This document shows positions 40,699 through 50,533 of a stretch of DNA of 64,000 nucleotides, piece after piece. The stretch spans positions 3,648,001 to 3,712,000 of the forward strand of contig CAWEEQ010000004.1 in the NCBI GenBank assembly GCA_963808235.1. The letters run 5' to 3'. Numbering within the stretch: the stretch's first letter is position 1; each line of letters starts with the position of its first letter. A program made the position numbers and the translations under genes. This DNA comes from an uncultured delta proteobacterium. Its GTDB lineage: Bacteria; Desulfobacterota; Binatia; Binatales; Binataceae. The notes beneath the pieces were generated by a model that worked only from the letters and a program-made list of their open reading frames with translations, was not told the DNA's origin and did not search any database.

Positions 40699-42465
40699 AT
40701 GACATCGGCAACCGCGCCGCGCGACTCGGCTCCTGATCTCGCGAAAGCTCGCGGCGAGTCTCGCTTTCTTCTATGGGCAGGATGCGTCTGCGCGCTGTCT
40801 GCGATTTTGTTTTTCGCGCGCCTGGGCGCGAGAGCGTTGTGGTCGTCGGAATTCCGATGGGCCGAAATAGCGCGCGAGATGCTCGCCACGCACAACTACT
40901 TCTGGCCGACGATCAACGGCCACGTCTACTACGACAAGCCGCTCGGTTCATACTGGCTCGTCGTGATGTCGGCACCGTTCACCGGCGGCCTCAACGAGGC
41001 GGCAACGCGCCTCCCCTGCGCGATTGCCGGCCTGGTCGCAGTCATCCTCCTGATGCTCCTGGCGCGACGCCTCTACGACGCTCGCACCGCTGCATTGTCG
41101 GGCTTCATCCTGGCAACCAGTTTCAGCTTCGTATTCTTTTCGCGCCACGCGTCCGCCGACGTCGAGACGATCACCGGCGAGCTCGCCGCGCTGTTTCTTT
41201 TTCAGCGCAATCAGGATCGCGCCGGCGGATTCTGGGTCATCGGGCTCTGGCTGGTCATGGCCGCGACTTCGCTCACCAAGGGCCTGCTCGGCTTCGCGTT
41301 GCCGATCCTGGTGATTGGCGCATACTGCCTGCTTCGCGACGGGTGGTCCGAGCTCTGGCGGAGAATCTCGCGCGGCACTCTCGCCGAGCGCCTTCGATGG
41401 CTCATCGAGCGCAACCCTTGGTTCTTCAATTTCTACACGATCGCCGGCGTTGCGATCGGCATCATAGTTTATGCAGTGCCGTTCGAAATCTCGTCGCGCC
41501 TGATGGGCTCCGAAAAGGGACTCCGAATGGTTTTTCGGGAAAACGTGGTGCGGTTCTTCGAACCATTCGACCATCGCGGGCCTATCTATCTTTATGTCTA
41601 CGTGATCTTCGCCCTGATGGCGCCGTGGTCGATGCTCCTGCCTGCGGCGCTGGTCGAAGCGCATCACTTGCGCAGCATCGACGCCGAGCCCGCCCGCGCG
41701 GATCGATTCGCGCTGTGTTATTTCTGGGCGACCTTCATATTCTTCACGCTTTCGGGCTCGCGCCGCAGCTATTACATCCTGCCGATTCTACCGGCCGCCG
41801 CGACCCTGGTCGCAAGGATGCTCGCCTTTCCCGGTGCAATTCGCTCCGCGTTCGCTCGACGCCTGATGATCCTCGGTTACGCGATCGTCGCCATCGCCGT
41901 AGTCGGCGGCCTCGTGATGCTGCTGCCTGCCTCCGCGATCCTCTCTGGCGATCTCGGCAAATTGCCGCCGCTGCCGGACAAGTTCGTGTTCGTGGGGCTC
42001 TGGACGATCTCGATCGCAGGCATCGTGTACGCGTTGCGCAAATTTGAGCCGGGGCGCGTTGCAATCTCGATGGGCGCGATCGCGTACTGCGCGCTCGCCT
42101 ATATATATATATTTGCGATGCCTGCGGCTGAGGCCTATCGCGGTGAAAAACCCTTTGGATACGCGGTGCTGAGCAAGATTGGCAATCGCACCGACAAGCT
42201 CGCTCTGTTCAAGACTGTAGGACCGCTCTTCTATCTGAATCCGCCCAAGCCTCTCCCGGAATTCGACAAGAAGCAGGAACTGCGCGACGCGATTGCTAAC
42301 GCCGGCGTCGAGTGGTTCATCGTGCGCCGCCGCGATATGCCTCAACTCGACGTCCCGACCACAGTCGAACTAAGCGAAGCGTCATTCCCATGGGATAGCG
42401 GCTCGAGCCTGGACAACAAAGTGGTACTGGTCCGCGTGGGACCGTCGAACGATAGACAACGATAG
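40699..42465 (+). CDS. ArnT/PMT-like GT-C glycosyltransferase
   Basis: E.RWAEIAREM, YYDKP, LTKG, YILPILP; many TMs. Confidence 0.87.
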   Translation: MTSATAPRDSAPDLAKARGESRFLLWAGCVCALSAILFFARLGARALWSSEFRWAEIAREMLATHNYFWPTINGHVYYDKPLGSYWLVVMSAPFTGGLNEAATRLPCAIAGLVAVILLMLLARRLYDARTAALSGFILATSFSFVFFSRHASADVETITGELAALFLFQRNQDRAGGFWVIGLWLVMAATSLTKGLLGFALPILVIGAYCLLRDGWSELWRRISRGTLAERLRWLIERNPWFFNFYTIAGVAIGIIVYAVPFEISSRLMGSEKGLRMVFRENVVRFFEPFDHRGPIYLYVYVIFALMAPWSMLLPAALVEAHHLRSIDAEPARADRFALCYFWATFIFFTLSGSRRSYYILPILPAAATLVARMLAFPGAIRSAFARRLMILGYAIVAIAVVGGLVMLLPASAILSGDLGKLPPLPDKFVFVGLWTISIAGIVYALRKFEPGRVAISMGAIAYCALAYIYIFAMPAAEAYRGEKPFGYAVLSKIGNRTDKLALFKTVGPLFYLNPPKPLPEFDKKQELRDAIANAGVEWFIVRRRDMPQLDVPTTVELSEASFPWDSGSSLDNKVVLVRVGPSNDRQR

Positions 42466-42512
42466 GATGATGCTGTCTGGCTCCCTCGCTAGCGTATCGA
42501 GAGAAACCGGCG

Positions 42513-43649
42513 CTACAGACGCATCGGCATTACGACGTAGGTGTACTGCTGATCCGACTCGGTTCTGATCACGCCGGGACTGACGTCGTCGCTCAGGCCG
42601 AGTTCCACGTCCACGCCTTGCGGAATCACGCCGAGAACTTGCTGCACGTATGCCGCATTGAAGCCGATCGCGAATTCTTCGCTCTTGAAGTCCACGTCGA
42701 GCGATTCGCTCGCCTCGCCGGTCTCGGGACTCGTCGACGATACCGTGAGCGTGCCTGCCGACAAGGCAAACTTGACGCCGTGATAACGTTCACTCGAGAA
42801 AATCGCCGCGCGCTTGATTGCCGCGAACAGCAAGTCCCGCTTCACCGCGATTTTGTACTTTGATTGCTTAGGGATGACTCCGCGATAGTCGGGAAACTCG
42901 CCCTCGACCAGGCGCATCGAGACTTCCGTCTGCCCGCGCTTCAGATACGCGAGTTGCCCTTCGAGGCTCAGGCGCACTTCGGCGTCGCCGGGCACGTCGA
43001 GGATTTTGCGCAGCTCGGCGAGGCCCTTTCGCGGAATGATCGCGCCGGCGTCCATCTTGAATCCCGGCACTTCGCGCTCGATCATCGCGAGCCGATGCCC
43101 GTCGGTCGCGACCATCCGGGCCGAGCCCGGTGCATTGGACTCGACGAACACGCCGCTCAAGTTGTAGCGGGCTTCGTCGGGGCTGACCGCGAAGATCGTC
43201 TTGTCGATCATTTTCGCGAGCACGTCGGCCGAGATTGCGAGTTCGGCCTTGAGCTGTTTTTTCGCCGACGCGGATTCTTTGCCGGAGGTCTGACTCGGCA
43301 TCGCCGGGAAGCTGCGCGGATCGAGGCCCATCATTTTGAACTTGGCGCGTCCGCACTTGAGCTCCACCCAATCGCTGTCGAGGGTGGTCAGCGCAACCTC
43401 GTCACCTTCGGCTTCGCGCACGATTTCGAAAAGTTTGCGCGCGTTCAGGGTCAGGCTTTTTTCCTTGCCCGAGCACGCGACCTTGGTTTTGATACCGACT
43501 TCCAGGTCGGTGGCGCTTAAGCTCAGACCGTTGCCGTCGGGTTCGATCAGAACATGGCCGAGTATCGGAACGGTCGTGCGTCGTTCCACGATCCCCTGCA
43601 CCAACCCAAGTCCGCTGAGCAACGAAGCGCGCTCGATAGAGAGTCCCAT
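42513..43649 (-). CDS. dnaN: DNA polymerase III beta clamp
   Basis: ATDLEVG, VATDGHRL, GEFPDY, YVVMPMRL. Confidence 0.98.
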   Translation of the reverse strand: MGLSIERASLLSGLGLVQGIVERRTTVPILGHVLIEPDGNGLSLSATDLEVGIKTKVACSGKEKSLTLNARKLFEIVREAEGDEVALTTLDSDWVELKCGRAKFKMMGLDPRSFPAMPSQTSGKESASAKKQLKAELAISADVLAKMIDKTIFAVSPDEARYNLSGVFVESNAPGSARMVATDGHRLAMIEREVPGFKMDAGAIIPRKGLAELRKILDVPGDAEVRLSLEGQLAYLKRGQTEVSMRLVEGEFPDYRGVIPKQSKYKIAVKRDLLFAAIKRAAIFSSERYHGVKFALSAGTLTVSSTSPETGEASESLDVDFKSEEFAIGFNAAYVQQVLGVIPQGVDVELGLSDDVSPGVIRTESDQQYTYVVMPMRL

Positions 43650-43680
43650 GAATTGTTAGCCCGTCTTCCTATTCCTGATC

Positions 43681-43736
43681 TTTAATTCTTTAAAATACAT
43701 TAGCAGTAACAGTAGGAGTTGTGGATTTGTGGATGA
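43681..43736. other. oriC unwinding region: AT-rich tract, DnaA-trios, tandem DnaA boxes
   Basis: TTTAATTCTTTAAAATACAT, then TAG CAG TAA CAG TAG GAG, then TGTGGATTT / TGTGGATGA between dnaA and dnaN. Confidence 0.8.
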
Positions 43737-43905
43737 GACTCGCAAGGGCGTGAATTCGCGACCTTATCGACGCTCGCAAACTTGTGCGCCGGCAAACGGG
43801 TACCGACGCGGGCCGGCGCTTCGCACGCCGGCCCTGTCGATATCACTCCGCTTGTGCCCACTTCCTCCACAGCCTCCTCAACACCGTTAAAAACTTAAAA
43901 ATCAA

Positions 43906-45330
43906 TCAAGCCGCATTCGCTCGAATCGCTTTCAGCTCGCGCTCGATTTTTTCGATCGACATCCGAAACGCCGAATCGCTCGTTACCCGCCGCATGATCA
44001 GGTTGTGCGCATGGATCACCGTGGAATGATCGCGTCCGAAGTGATCGCCGATGGTCGGAAACGAGCTGTCGGTCAGCTTGCGGCAGAGATACATCGCGAC
44101 CTGCCGGCAAAATGCGATGTGCTGGGTGCGCTTCTTCGACTTCAGATCGGTCAGCCTGATATGGAAAAAATCCGCGACCGTCTTCTGAATCGATTCCACG
44201 TCGGGCTTCGCGTCGTGAAGGCTGATCAAATCATGCAGCGCCTGCCGCGCGAACTCGACCGTGATCGCCGATTTGTCCATCGAGGCGAGCGCCGCGAGCC
44301 GGGTCAGGCATCCTTCGAGCTCGCGAACGTTTGACGAAACGCTCTGCGCGATATACATCGCGACTTCCGGCGCCAACTTGAGATTGTCCAGCGCCGCCTT
44401 CTTCTGCACGATCGCGACTCGAGTCTCGAGATCCGGCGGCGCGATGTCCGCGATCAGCCCCGACTCGAACCGGTTGCGCAGCCGCTCCTCGAGTCCCGGT
44501 ATTTCGCGCGGAACTTTGTCCGAGGTCAGCACGATCTGATGCCGCTCGGTGTGCAGCGCATTGAAGGTGTGGAAGAACTCCTCCTGGGTGCGCTCGCGGC
44601 CGGCCAGGAACTGCACGTCGTCGAGGATCAAGGTGTCGACGCGGCGGAATTTCTCCCGGAACTCGCCCATCTTGTCGCGGCGCAGCGAATTGATGAGCTC
44701 GTTCATGAAGATTTCGGCCGGCATAAAGAGCACTTTGCGCGGACGATCGCCGCTCGCCCATATATGATGCCCGAGCGCGGTCACCAGATGGGTCTTGCCG
44801 AGTCCGACTCCGCCGTAGATGAAGAGCGGGTTGTACTTTTCGCCCGGCTGATTCGCGACCGCCTGCGCCGCAGCATGCGCGAACTGATTGGCCGATCCGA
44901 CCACGAACTCCGCAAACGTATAGCGAGGATTCAGGTTTGGATGGCGATCGCCCCGCACCGGCGCCGACTTCTCGGCGTGATTTGTCGCCGCCGCGGTTTT
45001 GCCATTGCCGTTACCGTTGCCATTTATGCTGACATGCCCGTTGCCGTTACCGTGTCCATTGGTGGGACGTTGTTGCGGCGCTGCTACTCCATTGGGGCCG
45101 AGCGTCAAGCGCACTTCCATCTGCTCGCCCGCTTCCGCAGTCAGCGCGGAACGCATCATTGCCAGGTAGCGATCGTTGATCCAATCGCGGAAAAACCGAT
45201 TGGGCGCCTCGATTGTGACGGTCGATCCCTGGTGACCGACAAAATTGAGCGGCCCGATCCACGTCTCGTAGCCGACCTCGCCCAGCTCATCGCGCATCCG
45301 GTCGGCAGCCCTTTGCCAAAGTCCATTCAT
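43906..45330 (-). CDS. dnaA: Chromosomal replication initiator
   Basis: YNPLFIYGGVGLGKTHL, TQEEFFHTFN, RELEG, RDHSTV. Confidence 0.98.
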   Translation of the reverse strand: MNGLWQRAADRMRDELGEVGYETWIGPLNFVGHQGSTVTIEAPNRFFRDWINDRYLAMMRSALTAEAGEQMEVRLTLGPNGVAAPQQRPTNGHGNGNGHVSINGNGNGNGKTAAATNHAEKSAPVRGDRHPNLNPRYTFAEFVVGSANQFAHAAAQAVANQPGEKYNPLFIYGGVGLGKTHLVTALGHHIWASGDRPRKVLFMPAEIFMNELINSLRRDKMGEFREKFRRVDTLILDDVQFLAGRERTQEEFFHTFNALHTERHQIVLTSDKVPREIPGLEERLRNRFESGLIADIAPPDLETRVAIVQKKAALDNLKLAPEVAMYIAQSVSSNVRELEGCLTRLAALASMDKSAITVEFARQALHDLISLHDAKPDVESIQKTVADFFHIRLTDLKSKKRTQHIAFCRQVAMYLCRKLTDSSFPTIGDHFGRDHSTVIHAHNLIMRRVTSDSAFRMSIEKIERELKAIRANAA

Positions 45331-45405
45331 ATCGTCTCCCCCGGGGAAAACCGGAGCGCTCCCCACGCTCCAGAAGTAAGGTGCTGACCTCAGCGGCCAG
45401 ACGAA

Positions 45406-45437
45406 TTACGCACAGTCTTATCCACATCTGTGGATAA
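45406..45437. promoter_or_regulatory. DnaA boxes upstream of dnaA
   Basis: Perfect TTATCCACA (45418-45426), inverted TGTGGATAA (45429-45437), degenerate TTACGCACA. Confidence 0.85.
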
Positions 45438-45950
45438 CGCGATTTTCTCTCGTTCCAGCCGACAATTTGACGGCACGACACGCCGAGCTATCAACTTGTC
45501 GGGGTTAAGATCGGTTCTGTTGGGGTGATGATTTTGCTCGAAAGTAAACGTTCTATGCACGCACATCCAAGTCATAGCGAACGCGCCGGACTCGACCGTT
45601 CCGAGGGGACACGGTTCTCGTGAAAACAAAATTTATCTGACAGAGGAACGTGATAAACTTATTTCGCGATGATAACAAGCGCGCAAAAAATTTGTCTGCG
45701 AACTGCGCGAATCGTAAAGGGAATTTCCGCGCGGACGATCGCGTGAAGTTTGCGTGAAAAATCAGCCCAATTTTGCGATCGCTCACGATAGCTCCCAGAG
45801 CGGGCGTGCGTGATCGGAATTTCTTGCATGGCGCCGCCGATCGCAACAAATTTCGCGATCTCGATCGAAAAAATTATTCGTTGACGCTAATTATTTTTTT
45901 CTGATGCTGATATCGCCAAGGAAACGCTACGACTTCTGCGGGAACAGCCG

Positions 45951-47249
45951 ATGACTTCGCGCAAAAACTCAAATGAACTTTTCAATCGCGCCAGCGTTAA
46001 GATTCCTGGTGCGGTGAATTCTCCGGTCCGCGCGTGGAAGGCGGTCGGCGCCGCTCCGATCTTCATCGAAAGTGGCAGCGGTGCAACTTTGATCGACGCC
46101 GACGGCGCGCGATTTCTCGACTACGTCTGCAGCTACGGCCCCGCAATCCTCGGACACGCGAATTCGCGCGTGGTCGAGGCGATTTCAGAGCAGGCGCGGC
46201 TCGGTCTGGGCTTCGGCGCGCCGACCCGGCTCGAAGTCGAGCTGGCGGAGTTGATCTCGTCTGTTATCAAATGTGCAGAAAAAGTCAGATTGGTAACGTC
46301 GGGAACCGAAGCAGGCATTACTGCGCTCAGAATCGCGCGCGCCGCGACCGGACGCGCGAAAATAATCAAGTTCGACGGATGCTACCACGGACATAGCGAT
46401 GCGATGCTGGTGCGGGCTGGTTCGGGTGCGCTCACTCTCGGTCAACCCGATAGTGCCGGAGTGCCGGCGGCACTCGCAGCGATGACGACCGTTGCACGCT
46501 ATAACTCGATTGAGACAGTCGAAGACATATTCGGTTCCGCGCGGAATGAAATCGCTGCCGTGATCATCGAGCCGGTCGCCGCGAACATGGGCGTTGTGAA
46601 TCCGGCGCCGGATTTTTTGAGATCGCTCACCGATCTCACTCATCGAAACGGCGCTATCCTGATTTGTGACGAGGTTATATCCGGGTTCCGCATGAACTTC
46701 GGCTCGGCTGCTGAAGCGATGGGCATCGAGCCCGATCTCATCATGCTCGGAAAAATAATCGGCGGCGGGATGCCGGTCGGCGCGGTCGCGGGACCCGCCA
46801 AGTTGATGGATCTGCTCGCGCCGGTCGGACCGGTCTACCAGGCGGGCACGCTGTCGGGAAATCCGCTCTCGGTTCGCGCCGGCCTCGAGACGCTAAAGAT
46901 TCTTAAAGAGACGAACCCGTACGCATCGCTCGACGCAGCTGGCGCGCGGCTCGAAGCGGGGCTCCGCGACGCGCTGGTGAAAAACAATCAACCGGGATGC
47001 GTCAATCGCGCCGGCTCCCTTCTGACGATGTTCATCGGGCCTCGCCAAGTCCGCGACGCCGACGAGGCGCGCCGCTCCGACGCCGGCAAATTCGCGAAGT
47101 TTTTCCATGCGATGCTCGAGCGTGGCATCAACATCCCGCCCTCGCAGTTCGAAGCGATGTTCCTCTCGACTGCCCACACAAACGCCGACATCGACCGCAC
47201 CATCGCCGCCGCCACCGAATCGCTCCATTTGACTGGCGCGCGGTCGTGA
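45951..47249 (+). CDS. hemL: Glutamate-1-semialdehyde 2,1-aminomutase
   Basis: PGAVNSPVRA, GCYHGHSD, GKIIGGG, YQAGTLSGNP, PSQFEA. Confidence 0.97.
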   Translation: MTSRKNSNELFNRASVKIPGAVNSPVRAWKAVGAAPIFIESGSGATLIDADGARFLDYVCSYGPAILGHANSRVVEAISEQARLGLGFGAPTRLEVELAELISSVIKCAEKVRLVTSGTEAGITALRIARAATGRAKIIKFDGCYHGHSDAMLVRAGSGALTLGQPDSAGVPAALAAMTTVARYNSIETVEDIFGSARNEIAAVIIEPVAANMGVVNPAPDFLRSLTDLTHRNGAILICDEVISGFRMNFGSAAEAMGIEPDLIMLGKIIGGGMPVGAVAGPAKLMDLLAPVGPVYQAGTLSGNPLSVRAGLETLKILKETNPYASLDAAGARLEAGLRDALVKNNQPGCVNRAGSLLTMFIGPRQVRDADEARRSDAGKFAKFFHAMLERGINIPPSQFEAMFLSTAHTNADIDRTIAAATESLHLTGARS

Positions 47250-47271
47250 GCCAGGAGAAGTTCTAATCACC

Positions 47272-47490
47272 ATGGCACTTAGCGCCGGCAAGATGGCTCG
47301 ATTCACCGCGATCGCGTGGGAATTCACGATGCCGATGATCGCCGGCGCGGTAATCGGCCATTTTCTGGACGCATATTTTCATACCGACCCGAAGCTGACC
47401 CTCGTTCTGTTCCTGCTCGGCCTGTTCGGAGGCTTCTACCGCGGGATTTACGAGCTCAGCCGGTTCCAGCGCGAGAACAATGACTCCTGA
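47272..47490 (+). CDS. atpZ: AtpZ/AtpI-family small membrane protein
   Basis: Two TMs with IGHFLD..F.T.P motif; atp locus context. Confidence 0.75.
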   Translation: MALSAGKMARFTAIAWEFTMPMIAGAVIGHFLDAYFHTDPKLTLVLFLLGLFGGFYRGIYELSRFQRENNDS

Positions 47491-47902
47491 ATCGGTAGCC
47501 GCATGGTCGGTGCCGACGATCGCGTCGATTCAGCGCACCAACGTGGTGATGGTCGGGATCGCAGCCGCGATTCTCGCTTTGTTCGCCTCGATGGCATCGG
47601 TAATAGGATGTCTTCTCGGCGGTGCGGTCGTGATCGCTAACTTGTGGATCCTGGCCGCACTCGGCCGACTGCTTTTGGGTGCCGCAGGCGCAGGCATTTC
47701 AAAAGGCGCGGCGCGGTTAGGTGCGCTCGCAATCCCGATGAAGCTGTTCATCGTCGTCGGACTTCTTTACCTGGTCTTCACCCGCGCGCGAGTCGACGGG
47801 ATGGGATTTGCGGCCGGCGTCCTTACCCAGATGGCCGCGATTATCTTTGAAACCGCGCGCGCCTCGCTCAGCGCGGCAAAGTCGGCGGCAAAATCAGTCT
47901 GA
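47480..47902 (+). CDS. atpI: ATP synthase subunit I family
   Basis: Four TMs, GG.V.IAN motif; context. Confidence 0.75.
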   Translation: MTPESVAAWSVPTIASIQRTNVVMVGIAAAILALFASMASVIGCLLGGAVVIANLWILAALGRLLLGAAGAGISKGAARLGALAIPMKLFIVVGLLYLVFTRARVDGMGFAAGVLTQMAAIIFETARASLSAAKSAAKSV

Positions 47903-47905
47903 CGT

Positions 47906-48685
47906 CTAATCGCCAGTCCGCAGGAGGGCGAGCACCTTGTCGAGCAAGACTTTGTTGGTCGAGACCGCGTTGCCCCCGCGAATCGTTCGCTTGCCGTTCC
48001 AATCGGTAAAGGTGCCTCCCGCTTCCTCGAGGATTGGCATCAGCGCCGCGCAATCCCACACATTCATCAGTTGATCGACCGCGACGTCCGCGCGTCCGGT
48101 GGCGACCAGGATGTGCGCGTAGCAATCGCCCCAGGTTTTCGAGGTGCGAAACGATCGCTGCAGAAGATGCATCACGTCGCGGAAGGAATTGTCGCGGCCC
48201 TGCCCGAAATCAGTGGCTGCGAGCAGCGCGCGATCAAGCGAATCGACGCCGGACACGTGCGCCTGCTTTCCATTGAGGAAGCATCCGGCACCGCGCGCGG
48301 CATGGACCGTCTCGTTTATCGCGGGCAGGTTCACCACTCCAACCTGGGGCTCTCCGTCGATTTCAACGCCGATCATCACGCCATATAGAGGGATCCCGCG
48401 CACGAAAGAGTAAGTGCCGTCGAGCGGGTCGAGGATCCAGCATCGGCCGGAAGTGCCTTCGCGCGAGCCTTCCTCTTCGCCAAGGATCGCGTCATCGGGA
48501 AAGCGCTCGATGATTCGGGCGCGGAGGAATTGCTCAGATTCGCGGTCCGCGGGCGTCACGTATGAGCCGTCGGGTTTCTTATCGACGCGATGACCGCTGC
48601 GGAAATAGCGCAGCGTGATTTCACCCGCGCCGCGCGCGATTTCTATCGCGAAATCGAGAATCGGCTGGAGATTTGAATCGGACAT
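47906..48685 (-). CDS. Inositol monophosphatase family, HisN-like
   Basis: VTPADRESE, LGEE, WILDPLDGT.SF.RG.P, WDCAA. Confidence 0.9.
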   Translation of the reverse strand: MSDSNLQPILDFAIEIARGAGEITLRYFRSGHRVDKKPDGSYVTPADRESEQFLRARIIERFPDDAILGEEEGSREGTSGRCWILDPLDGTYSFVRGIPLYGVMIGVEIDGEPQVGVVNLPAINETVHAARGAGCFLNGKQAHVSGVDSLDRALLAATDFGQGRDNSFRDVMHLLQRSFRTSKTWGDCYAHILVATGRADVAVDQLMNVWDCAALMPILEEAGGTFTDWNGKRTIRGGNAVSTNKVLLDKVLALLRTGD

Positions 48686-48818
48686 TTGGCCAAGACTAGC
48701 CGGAGGCCGGTCGGAAACAAACTGGATTGGTGTCTGCGCGTCTTGACTCCGATTGCTGCGATTATTATTCAAACCACGCGGCCTTTGGTCCGCTTCGCAA
48801 GTCTTCGGAGATACCTTT

Positions 48819-49511
48819 TTGCAAAAATCCGTAAATTTTCTAGAGCTGCTTGGCGGCGGCAGGATTCCCGAGGTGCTGATCGGCACCTGGATCGTGATGG
48901 GCATCCTGATCGTCTTTGGATTTCTCGCTCGCGCCGCGCTCGCGGCCGCCGCCGACCCTGTAATTCCCGACGAAGGGATGAGCCTGCGCTCGGTCGCAGA
49001 AATGATCGTCGAAACGCTCGACGCCTTCGTTAATCAAGTCACCGAGGTGCACGGTTACCGCGCGATGGTCCCGTTCTTCGGATGCATCTTCATTTTCATT
49101 CTGGCCTGCAACTTCTTCGGGCTGATCCCGGGGATGGAACCTCCGACCGGCGACTCCGACCTGACCTTCGCGCTCGGGACGATCTGCTTCTGCTACTACA
49201 TCTACCAGGGCTTCGCCGAGAAGGGCGTCTGGTATCTGAGAAGTTTCCTCGGCCCCTACCTGCCGCTGGCGGTGCTGATGCTTCCGATCGAGCTGGCCGA
49301 CAACCTGTTTCGCCCGTTTTCGCTCGGCGTTCGTCTCTACGCCAACATGTTCGCCGATCACACGGTGCTCAGTGTTTTTACCGGGCTCACCAAGCTCGTT
49401 ATCCCGCTTGCTTTCTACGCGCTCGGCGCGCTGGTTTGCGTGATCCAGGCGGTCGTCTTCGTGACTCTTTCGATGAGTTACGTACGAATGGCTGCGAGCC
49501 ACGATCACTAG
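48819..49511 (+). CDS. atpB: F0 ATP synthase subunit a
   Basis: RPFSLGVRLYANM, IQAVVF; TTG start after GGAG. Confidence 0.93.
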   Translation: MQKSVNFLELLGGGRIPEVLIGTWIVMGILIVFGFLARAALAAAADPVIPDEGMSLRSVAEMIVETLDAFVNQVTEVHGYRAMVPFFGCIFIFILACNFFGLIPGMEPPTGDSDLTFALGTICFCYYIYQGFAEKGVWYLRSFLGPYLPLAVLMLPIELADNLFRPFSLGVRLYANMFADHTVLSVFTGLTKLVIPLAFYALGALVCVIQAVVFVTLSMSYVRMAASHDH

Positions 49512-49634
49512 GGTTGGAGTTTGAACTGAAGGCTTTTCCGCGCACGGGAATCTGCCCGGGAACGGTGGTGGTAGAGGAAGAGAAGGCGGCCCGTCAGCAG
49601 GACCTTAGGCGCGAAATACAAGGAGGATCGAGAA

Positions 49635-49973
49635 ATGTTACGACGGATGGGAACTGTAATGACGATGGTCGGGATGGCCATCCTGGCGTCGCCGCTGCTC
49701 GCGATGGCGCAAGAAGCGGCAAATGCCGCCGGCGGTGGTGGATCATGGCGCGGCGGACTGATCGCGATCGGCGCCAATATCGGCGTCGGTATCGCGGCGT
49801 TCGGGAGCGGCCTCGGTCAGGGCCGGATAGGTGCATCGGCGATGGAATCGATCGGGCGCAACCCAAACAGCGCCAATCAGATCTTCGTCCCGATGATCAT
49901 CGGGCTTGCGTTCATCGAAGCATTGACCCTGTACGCGCTGGTGATCGCATTCTTCCTGCAGGCGAAGGTTTAG
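49635..49973 (+). CDS. atpE: F0 ATP synthase subunit c with N-terminal extension
   Basis: GSGLGQG, GRNP, AFIEAL; AGGAGG RBS. Confidence 0.95.
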   Translation: MLRRMGTVMTMVGMAILASPLLAMAQEAANAAGGGGSWRGGLIAIGANIGVGIAAFGSGLGQGRIGASAMESIGRNPNSANQIFVPMIIGLAFIEALTLYALVIAFFLQAKV

Positions 49974-50004
49974 CGACTACGCACGAGACGATGTGCGAAT
50001 GACA

Positions 50005-50034
50005 GCGGGGCCCACTCTCGGGCCCCGTTTTTTT
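50005..50034 (+). terminator. Intrinsic terminator after atpE
   Basis: GCGGGGCCC-ACTCTC-GGGCCCCGT plus T run. Confidence 0.85.
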
Positions 50035-50440
50035 ACGGCATCTTCGCGGCGGCGTCGGCGATTTCCTTCCTCGAGGTCCGCGTCCGGATTTCCAGGAGAT
50101 GGCCGTTGAGTTCGCGGAAATAGACTGTGCGGCCTCCATTCATCTCGCGGACGCTCCCGTCCTCCGGCGTCCACGGCATGCTGCCGAAGGCGAGGCCAGC
50201 CGCCTTGACGCGCCCGAAGATAGCGTCGAACTCCGCATCGCTCACGTGAAACGCGTAATGATACACGTCGAAGCGTTCGCGCCGGTCGTCGAAGTCAAAC
50301 GTTAGCGTCTCGTTCACCTGCACCGGCGCGAACGGTCCCATCGGCGCGCCAGCGGTCAGCCCGAACAGGTTCGCGAAGAACTTTGCAGATGCGGTCTTGT
50401 CGTGCGACGGTACGATCGTGTGATCCAGTACAATGGCCAT
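50033..50440 (-). CDS. VOC/glyoxalase family protein
   Basis: LDHTIV, HYAFHVS, GGRTVYF..GHLLEI. Confidence 0.88.
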   Translation of the reverse strand: MAIVLDHTIVPSHDKTASAKFFANLFGLTAGAPMGPFAPVQVNETLTFDFDDRRERFDVYHYAFHVSDAEFDAIFGRVKAAGLAFGSMPWTPEDGSVREMNGGRTVYFRELNGHLLEIRTRTSRKEIADAAAKMP

Positions 50441-50533
50441 GACGCACCTCCACTCAGAGCGTAATTGATAATTAGTAAAGTATTCCCTTTCGAAACTTAG
50501 TCAAGAGAATGCTTAACTAATGTCGGGGATGCA

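Noticed and set aside
45390-45849. Small ORFs upstream of dnaA, including a possible rpmH
   Set aside because: No L34-like sequence; the region holds DnaA boxes and divergent promoters.
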